DNA of 64,000 nucleotides from Clostridiales bacterium (GTDB lineage Bacteria; Bacillota; Clostridia; Christensenellales; UBA1242): NCBI GenBank assembly GCA_918292005.1, contig CAKJZJ010000007.1, positions 21,411 to 85,410 of the forward strand, read 5' to 3'. Shown piece by piece: positions 58,052 to 64,000 of this stretch (position 1 is its first letter; each line of letters starts with the position of its first letter). The notes under the pieces were generated by a model. It saw only the letters and a program-made list of their open reading frames with translations, ran no database searches and was not told where the DNA came from. The position numbers and the translations under genes were made by a program.

Positions 58052-59323
58052 ATGTTAATAGATTTTAAATTAAAAAATTTTAAGTCTTACTTAAACGAAA
58101 GCAATTTTTCTATGGTTGCTAATGCTGATAAATCACATTTAGACAATTTGGAAAGTTTTGGAAAAGAAAACTTATCTAAAGTTAGAATTATGTACGGAGC
58201 TAATGCTTCGGGTAAAACATCATTTGTCAATGCTGTACGTTTCATGCAAGAGTTTGTATTAATGTCTAATCATCTTGTTGAAGGGAATAGAATAGCTGTT
58301 ACTCCTTATAAATTTACCAATGAATACTGGAATAAAGAATCGGAATTCTCAATTACTTTTGAAAAATATGGTATAAAGTATAATTATAGTTTTTCTTGTA
58401 CGCACGAAAAAGTAATCAATGAAAAATTGGATATCTATAATTCAGCTAAACCTACGAATATTTTTACACGAACAAATACTGATGAATATAAATTCAACTC
58501 TGATGTTAGAGCATTGAATGAAATAAAAAGTAAAAATACTAAAAACAAATTATTTTTGATTACTGCAGCTACTTGGAACTATGAAAAGGTAAAACCAGTT
58601 GTAGAATATTTAATGAATGATATTGTTGTTTTATTTGATGTTTCTCAAGCTACAAAGTATAACATGAATTATATTTTAACCCATAACGATTTTGAAGATT
58701 ATAAAAAGTTTTGCTTAGAGTTTTTAAATAGCGCGGACTTAAGCATCAGTGATTTTGAAGTTGATACTAAAAAAATAAAGGATCTTGGAAAGACTGCAGA
58801 AATTATTTCAAATATTATGAACATTGTTGTGAATAATGACCCTGAAAAAATGAACAATTTTATTAATTCAGATATCTATAAAATAAAGACTCATCATACA
58901 ATATCTGATGGCAATATTGACAAGGATTTTACCTTAGAATTGATTGAAGAGTCTATTGGAACTCAGCAGTTGTTTTATTTAGCTCCAGTTTTGTATTATG
59001 TATTTAAAGAAGGTAAGACTTTATTTATCGATGAGATAGATAGAAGTTTGCACCCAATGTTAGTTGAATATATAATTAAGAAATTTTTAAATAAAGAAAT
59101 AAACAAAAAGAATGCACAGCTTATTTGTAATACCCATGATACTAATTTGTTAAATCTTGAATTGTTTAGGAGAGATGAAATTTGGTTTACTGAAAGAGAT
59201 AATAAGACGGGAATATCTGACCTATATGCATTGGCAGACTTTTCGCCAAGAAAAGACGAAAATATAGAAAAAGCATATCTTTTAGGAAGATTTGGAGCGG
59301 TCCCTTTTATTAAGGAGGATTAA
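58052..59323 (+). CDS. ABC/SMC-like AAA ATPase (AAA_21-type) of an ATPase-Toprim defence pair
   Basis: FKLKNFKSY, Walker A GANASGKTS, Walker B/D-loop LFIDEIDRSLHP, H-loop ICNTHDTNLL and the C-terminal EKAYLLGRFGAVPFI are present. The start is placed at the ATG after GAGGAGAAAGG. Confidence 0.75.
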   Translation: MLIDFKLKNFKSYLNESNFSMVANADKSHLDNLESFGKENLSKVRIMYGANASGKTSFVNAVRFMQEFVLMSNHLVEGNRIAVTPYKFTNEYWNKESEFSITFEKYGIKYNYSFSCTHEKVINEKLDIYNSAKPTNIFTRTNTDEYKFNSDVRALNEIKSKNTKNKLFLITAATWNYEKVKPVVEYLMNDIVVLFDVSQATKYNMNYILTHNDFEDYKKFCLEFLNSADLSISDFEVDTKKIKDLGKTAEIISNIMNIVVNNDPEKMNNFINSDIYKIKTHHTISDGNIDKDFTLELIEESIGTQQLFYLAPVLYYVFKEGKTLFIDEIDRSLHPMLVEYIIKKFLNKEINKKNAQLICNTHDTNLLNLELFRRDEIWFTERDNKTGISDLYALADFSPRKDENIEKAYLLGRFGAVPFIKED

Positions 59324-59949
59324 TGGCTAAAAGAACAAAAGATATTTATACCAGGAAAAGAAAACCTGTAATAGCATTAATCTGTGAAGGGAGAAATCAA
59401 ACAGAAACTAAATATTTTAAGCATTTTAATAAAAGAGAAAATCCGTATACATTAAAAATTATTTCATCTGAAGCTACTGACCCTAAGAGTATGATAAAAA
59501 AAGCAAAACAAAAGATAGCGGAAATGGATTTAGATAACTCAATTGGTGACAGAGTTTTTTGCTTGATAGATTTGGATTTATCAAAAGATCAGTTAAATAA
59601 GATAGAAGAAGAAAAATCGAGTAAAAGTAAAAAGAAATGTTGTGTTGAATTTATCTTGTCTAATCCATGTTTTGAAGTTTGGTTACTCTATTATTTTGTG
59701 GAATTTCCAAAAGTTGTCAATTCTTCACAAAAAGTTAAAGAACAATTAAAAAAGTATGTTCCAAACTATAGTGAGAGTTTTGATATAGTTAAAGAATGTG
59801 GGTTGGAAGAAAAATATGCAATTGCAATAAATAGAGCAGAAAAATCTAGGCAGCTAAAGAATGAGAACAGCATATTGGACAAAAATCCATATACAGAAGT
59901 ACCGGATTTATTAGTACTTTTGTTAGATTGTCCAGGAGAACAACAATAA
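59323..59949 (+). CDS. RloB-like (Toprim/OLD-related) protein
   Basis: The start overlaps the ATPase stop (TAATG). KPVIALICEGRNQTETKYFKHF and ILSNPCFEVWLLYYF match the RloB signatures (CEGxxTE..YF, SNPCFE.WLL). Confidence 0.7.
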   Translation: MAKRTKDIYTRKRKPVIALICEGRNQTETKYFKHFNKRENPYTLKIISSEATDPKSMIKKAKQKIAEMDLDNSIGDRVFCLIDLDLSKDQLNKIEEEKSSKSKKKCCVEFILSNPCFEVWLLYYFVEFPKVVNSSQKVKEQLKKYVPNYSESFDIVKECGLEEKYAIAINRAEKSRQLKNENSILDKNPYTEVPDLLVLLLDCPGEQQ

Positions 59950-59966
59950 TTTGATGAGGAATTATT

Positions 59967-60284
59967 ATGAACATAGAAGATAAAGATGTAGAATTATTAC
60001 ACAAAATTAAGAGCGCAGATGATGATGTAAAAGAGGGTAAACATCTTGCAAATTTTTTATCAACGACAATGTATAAGAAAGCTGAAAAGTATTTTATAAA
60101 ATGTCGTACAAATATTGATTATCAACCCTATATAGAGTTAGGATTAAGAAAATCAAATTTGTATGGAAATTCACAATTTAAAGATGCTGACCATGAAACA
60201 AAACGAAAGATTTTAAGAGTTGTTTCTGAGGCTATCGAGTTTTATAAAAAGAAAGAGTTATTGAAAGAAATATTAGATAACTAG
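59967..60284 (+). CDS. Hypothetical protein (105 aa), third gene of the ATPase/RloB operon
   Basis: RBS GAGGA, 17 nt after the RloB stop. A terminator hairpin ACACCT...AGGTGT + T-run follows at about 60368-60396. Confidence 0.5.
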   Translation: MNIEDKDVELLHKIKSADDDVKEGKHLANFLSTTMYKKAEKYFIKCRTNIDYQPYIELGLRKSNLYGNSQFKDADHETKRKILRVVSEAIEFYKKKELLKEILDN

Positions 60285-60506
60285 TGCTCAACTCTTGGGT
60301 AAGAAAATGTGGTCAGATTTAGGGTAGTGGAAAGAGGTAAAAGGCGTCCGGGTGCCATTACCATATAAACACCTTTTAATAATAGGTGTTTTTTATTCGC
60401 ATATTGCTTTGTTTAAAAAACTCTAAAAACTTTTTACAAAAAAGGATTTGGGCTAGTTTTGTCCGTATGTATTGTTATAATATAAATGAAGGGAGTATAT
60501 CAAAGA

Positions 60507-60748
60507 TGATTGCGAAAAAGACAATAATACTATATGTTTTGCAAGCTTTCGAGTATTCTAACGAACCTATTAATTTACTTAACCTTACCAAAGCACTCAA
60601 TGCAAGAGGTATCGTGTGTGATAGAAAAACAGTTGGTCGAAATGTGAAATATTTAATAGAATTTGGTGTGCCAATTGTGAAAGAGAAAAGGGGCTATTAC
60701 TATTTAAAAAATGAAGACGAGCAATATCAGTATCTATTGAAAAGATAA
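60507..60748 (+). CDS. Small winged-HTH DNA-binding protein (about 80 aa)
   Basis: MIAKKTIILYVLQAFEYSNEPINLLNLTKALNARGIVCDRKTVGRNVKYLIEFG has the same layout as the N-terminal HTH of WYL-type regulators. The start is placed at the ATG after GAAGGGAG. An extended -10 element TGT-TATAAT lies upstream. Confidence 0.55.
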
Positions 60749-60792
60749 TTAAGCGATTATTAGTCTTTAAAATATAAATGGGAGAAGAAAAT

Positions 60793-61473
60793 ATGAATTG
60801 TCAATGTACTTTAGATGAAGAAAAATTTTTAAATGATAAAATAAAAGAAGAATATGTGTATTGGGTAAAGAATGTAGTATTTCAAAGAGATTCGCTAGAC
60901 ATAATACAGGCTCATATAACTGCAGTAGAACAATACATGAAAATGCACAATTTGGATTATGTGTCTATGTGTAGTGATATCTATAACATTTTGTATCGCG
61001 AAGAGACAAGAGGGAAATTGGGCAGCAGAGCTATTGTTATGATACTTCGTACGTATAGAGAATTTATAAATAAGAACAATAAGAAAATAAATGAGATTCT
61101 GAGACGTGTTGTAGAAACGCATAAAACATCCGATAATAAACTAATCATACAACCTGTCACTCAGCATGCAGATAGCATTAAAGGCTTGGATTTAAAAAGT
61201 GAATATCGAAAGTGGTTGATTGTACACGGTTATAAAGAGCTCACTCCATCGGGTTATCCTAGCACAATTCCGCAATATATAAACAGTATTGAAATTGTAA
61301 AAATGAAAGAATGTTTTGACAATTGGATAGATGTTTGTGACAATATCGACAGATTAGTAATTGATTATAGCCTTGGTGGCAGAGAAGAAAAATATGGATT
61401 GTCTGGTCATAGAACTCCAATTAATGCACTGCATAGATTTAAAGAGTTTATAGATTTTTGTCGTTGTAAATAA
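60793..61473 (+). CDS. Hypothetical protein (226 aa)
   Basis: The ORF start is placed at the ATG after GGGAGAAGAAAAT. No recognised motif. Confidence 0.55.
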   Translation: MNCQCTLDEEKFLNDKIKEEYVYWVKNVVFQRDSLDIIQAHITAVEQYMKMHNLDYVSMCSDIYNILYREETRGKLGSRAIVMILRTYREFINKNNKKINEILRRVVETHKTSDNKLIIQPVTQHADSIKGLDLKSEYRKWLIVHGYKELTPSGYPSTIPQYINSIEIVKMKECFDNWIDVCDNIDRLVIDYSLGGREEKYGLSGHRTPINALHRFKEFIDFCRCK

Positions 61474-61492
61474 TGGGAAGGCAGTAAGTAAT

Positions 61493-61891
61493 ATGATAAA
61501 AAAACATAATTATTATAAAGATGTAGAGGCATATATGTTGCCACATTTTTTAGACATGTCTCATGACACAATTAAAAATGTTTGGGGATCGATAGAATTT
61601 CTAGGTCTAATAGGACTAAGACCAATTCTTGTGGAGTGTAAATGTTTAGGAAGAAATTGTTGTAAAGATGAAATTACAATAAATGGTCGCTATAGATATT
61701 ATATGAAACCCTTCAATATTAATGGCAAGTATTATCACATATATTCAAACTGGAAAAATGGTGAGTATAAAAAAATATTTAATGGATTCAAAGAACTATG
61801 GAATTCTGGACTACATCCATTTATTGAGTGTGGTCCAAAAATTCATATTGAAAACACAGGATCACATACATTTAATGGAAGGATAATTTAA
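61493..61891 (+). CDS. Hypothetical Cys-rich protein (132 aa)
   Basis: ORF 19 nt after the previous stop, with RBS GGGAAGG. It contains ECKCLGRNCC. Confidence 0.5.
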   Translation: MIKKHNYYKDVEAYMLPHFLDMSHDTIKNVWGSIEFLGLIGLRPILVECKCLGRNCCKDEITINGRYRYYMKPFNINGKYYHIYSNWKNGEYKKIFNGFKELWNSGLHPFIECGPKIHIENTGSHTFNGRII

Positions 61892-62871
61892 TGGAAAAAA
61901 AATTAGAGGATTGTATGCCTAAGCTTATACAGGTTACAATGGATAATATCAATAATATTTCATATGAGGATATTGTAGCTGTAGTATATGCTAGTGGTGG
62001 TGCGATGGGAAATGGTGGGGAATTGACCATTGTGCAAAAAAGAAATACTACGACATTTTATACCACCAATTTAGTATATTCCGCTGATAAAACTTTGGTG
62101 GAAAAAATAACAAACACTTATTTTAAACCTTTTATAGAAGCGTTTAGAGATGAACAAATACCCGAATTTGATAGTTACGAATTGAAAAGTATAGACTGGA
62201 TAGAGATAATGATGGGATTTACAGGCAACTATATTTTTGTCAAAAAAAATTATTATCATAAATTCAAATTCGTTGTTGAAATGTTCCCTAATACTTATAT
62301 TTCCGATAAATATCGATTGGATAATTATCTGGACATATATGTGAACAGGTATTCAATATTATATTTGGCTTTTGAATATGATCTTACATATTACAGTGAA
62401 ATATATTATAAAGTAAAGCGTATGATTGGGTATTATTTCGTATCTAAAATGAAATTATATGATAAATTAACAGGTAAACCCATCCCAGCATCTTTATGCG
62501 ATGAAATTTATAAAGATATTGTGAGTAGATTTTCGGATTGTTGTGGTTCGACAACAACTCAGCTGAATAATCTGTCTATGTCAGATTTTGTAGCGTTTTT
62601 TAATCATGCAAAAACAAAAGATTTTTATTGCCAAATGTTGACGGCTAATAATTTCAATAATCTTTTCAACGATACGCCTCTAGATTCAGATATGTTGGTA
62701 GATATATCGGTAAAAGGCGAAAATTGTAAGAATGCTTTGGATATTGTTTATGATGTTATCAAAAATATTAATTTTGGTCGTAATAATGATGTGATATTTT
62801 TGATATCTCAAAACAAAAAATTGTATTTTAAATTTAGTATTAAATTGTTTTATGGTAAATATAATTCTTAA
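61891..62871 (+). CDS. Hypothetical protein (326 aa)
   Basis: The start overlaps the previous stop (TAATG), which implies translational coupling. No recognised motif. Confidence 0.55.
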   Translation: MEKKLEDCMPKLIQVTMDNINNISYEDIVAVVYASGGAMGNGGELTIVQKRNTTTFYTTNLVYSADKTLVEKITNTYFKPFIEAFRDEQIPEFDSYELKSIDWIEIMMGFTGNYIFVKKNYYHKFKFVVEMFPNTYISDKYRLDNYLDIYVNRYSILYLAFEYDLTYYSEIYYKVKRMIGYYFVSKMKLYDKLTGKPIPASLCDEIYKDIVSRFSDCCGSTTTQLNNLSMSDFVAFFNHAKTKDFYCQMLTANNFNNLFNDTPLDSDMLVDISVKGENCKNALDIVYDVIKNINFGRNNDVIFLISQNKKLYFKFSIKLFYGKYNS

Positions 62872-62907
62872 CATAAACAAAATTTACATTCTAAATAAAG
62901 GGAATTT

Positions 62908-63420
62908 ATGCAATACGAAATAAAACATTGTAGTGTATTAGAAGCAGAGACTGAGGCGATAGTTAATGCCGCTAATAAGTATCTAGAATGTGGTGGAAGT
63001 TTATGTGGTGCAATATTTGCAGCTGCAGGTGGTGAACAATTAGCAAAGGAATGCAGAAAATATGGATTTGTGGAAACAGGTTCGGCTGTGGTCACTCCAG
63101 GGTTTAAAACTGGTGCTAAATATATAATTCATGCTGTTGGTCCGAACATATGGCACAACAAGGATGATTGGCAAGAAAAATTGAAAGAAGTATATAATAA
63201 TGCTCTAGCTGTGGCAGATTTTAGAGGGGTAAAAAGTATTGCGTTGCCTTGTATATCTACCGGAGTATATTCGTGTCCATTAGAAGAAGCGACGCAAATA
63301 GCAATAGATGTTGTTAAAAATTTTAAGCCAAAATTTATTGAAAAGTGTCTATTTTGTTGCTACACTGCTGAAGAATATGAAGCATATTTACAAATAGAAA
63401 AAAGAATAAAATTGAGTTAG
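62908..63420 (+). CDS. Macro domain protein, paralog of 17571-18077
   Basis: AIVNAANKYLECGGSLCGAIFAAAG, GSAVVTPG, YIIHAVGPN and ALPCISTGVYSCP are present. It is collinear with the first macro ORF over its whole length, at roughly 55-60 percent identity by eye. Confidence 0.85.
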   Translation: MQYEIKHCSVLEAETEAIVNAANKYLECGGSLCGAIFAAAGGEQLAKECRKYGFVETGSAVVTPGFKTGAKYIIHAVGPNIWHNKDDWQEKLKEVYNNALAVADFRGVKSIALPCISTGVYSCPLEEATQIAIDVVKNFKPKFIEKCLFCCYTAEEYEAYLQIEKRIKLS

Positions 63421-63571
63421 TATTTCCCTTTTTCTTTGCATATTTCCAAGCATGTTTTGCACTACTATAGTCACCGCCTTTTGAAACTAGTCAAATAATT
63501 AACACTTTAACTTGAAAAAGTTAGAGTGTTATTTCATTCTCTCTTGACCAAGCGCACGTGTGAGTGCCAAA

Positions 63572-64000
63572 TTAAATTTCTTCAATGCCTATTTGTTTTA
63601 AATAGTTATAAGTTTTATCATAAAAATCGTTAGGTCTAGTTTTATCTTCTGGGTTACCTTCTGGAATATAAATAATCATACCTTGTCTAGCTCTTGTTAA
63701 TAATACTCTATAAGCATTTTTAAGATATAGCTTATTACTTTCATTATTTACTTTGTTCCACTTAGAACCATTGAATCTATTATACGTCCATTCGGTACCA
63801 TTATATCTATAATCCGCATCCCATGCTACAATAGACCAATCTAACTCTAAACCTTGCACATCAAATTCTGTAGCACAATCTTCTAAATAATAAGATGAGC
63901 GAACATTGTCTTTATCGTCTAGAAAATAGTTTGGTGCAGATAATTCGTTTTTTACAAAGATGCCAACCGGTTTTAATCTTAATGCGCCACTACTAGCCAA
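63572..64000 (-). CDS. C-terminal part of a DUF2075-type (Schlafen-like ATPase/helicase) protein, truncated by the window edge
   Basis: EFDVQGLELDWSIVAWDADYRY and NAYRVLLTRARQGMIIYIPEG match the conserved C-terminal block of DUF2075 proteins. Confidence 0.65.
   Translation of the reverse strand: MASSGALRLKPVGIFVKNELSAPNYFLDDKDNVRSSYYLEDCATEFDVQGLELDWSIVAWDADYRYNGTEWTYNRFNGSKWNKVNNESNKLYLKNAYRVLLTRARQGMIIYIPEGNPEDKTRPNDFYDKTYNYLKQIGIEEI

Noticed and set aside
60336-60366. Possible attR copy of the tRNA-Arg 3' end (CCGGGTGCCATTACCATATAAACACC versus CCGGGAGTACCATAAAAAAGCACC)
   Set aside because: The similarity is short and gapped and includes generic terminator context. It is not convincing without an integrase or a comparison genome.
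53184-64000. Prophage or ICE interpretation of the island
   Set aside because: No integrase, recombinase, capsid, terminase, relaxase or T4SS-like motif was seen in any ORF of this segment. It is called only a defence-type genomic island with an unknown mobility mechanism.

Overview
This is an AT-rich bacterial chromosome segment that uses the standard genetic code: TGA ends ORFs, for example at 18887-18889 and 46636-46638. Core genes are gyrB-gyrA, serS with a T-box leader, rubrerythrin, radC, degV, a YqeY-like gene and two tRNAs with encoded CCA (Glu-CUC, Arg-CCU). Between them lie many large surface-protein genes. Their products are anchored by lipoboxes or C-terminal TM helices, and I saw no LPXTG motif, which would fit a wall-less or sortase-poor low-GC lineage (inference only). 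Three accessory regions stand out. (1) 25.8-43.1 kb is a same-strand locus encoding a 3589-aa lipoprotein with about 15 Fn3-like modules and a GLUG C-terminus. It continues with a SipW-type signal peptidase, four TasA/camelysin-like paralogs and a transglutaminase-like lipoprotein, so it is a candidate novel surface-fibre system. (2) 16.4-21.4 kb is a compact cluster of two tandem unknown paralogs, a macro domain, an unknown 269-aa protein, a TM-less FtsH-like AAA+/M41 protease and a WYL regulator. (3) From tRNA-Arg (53.1 kb) to the window end is a compositionally distinct, CTAG-poor island. It carries an SF1 helicase-nuclease fusion, a HEPN protein, an ABC-ATPase/RloB pair, a five-gene operon (HTH, three unknowns, a second macro paralog) and a DUF2075 fragment. 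No integrase, transposase, CRISPR array or rRNA was seen. All protein calls rest on motifs read by eye, and no database search was run.
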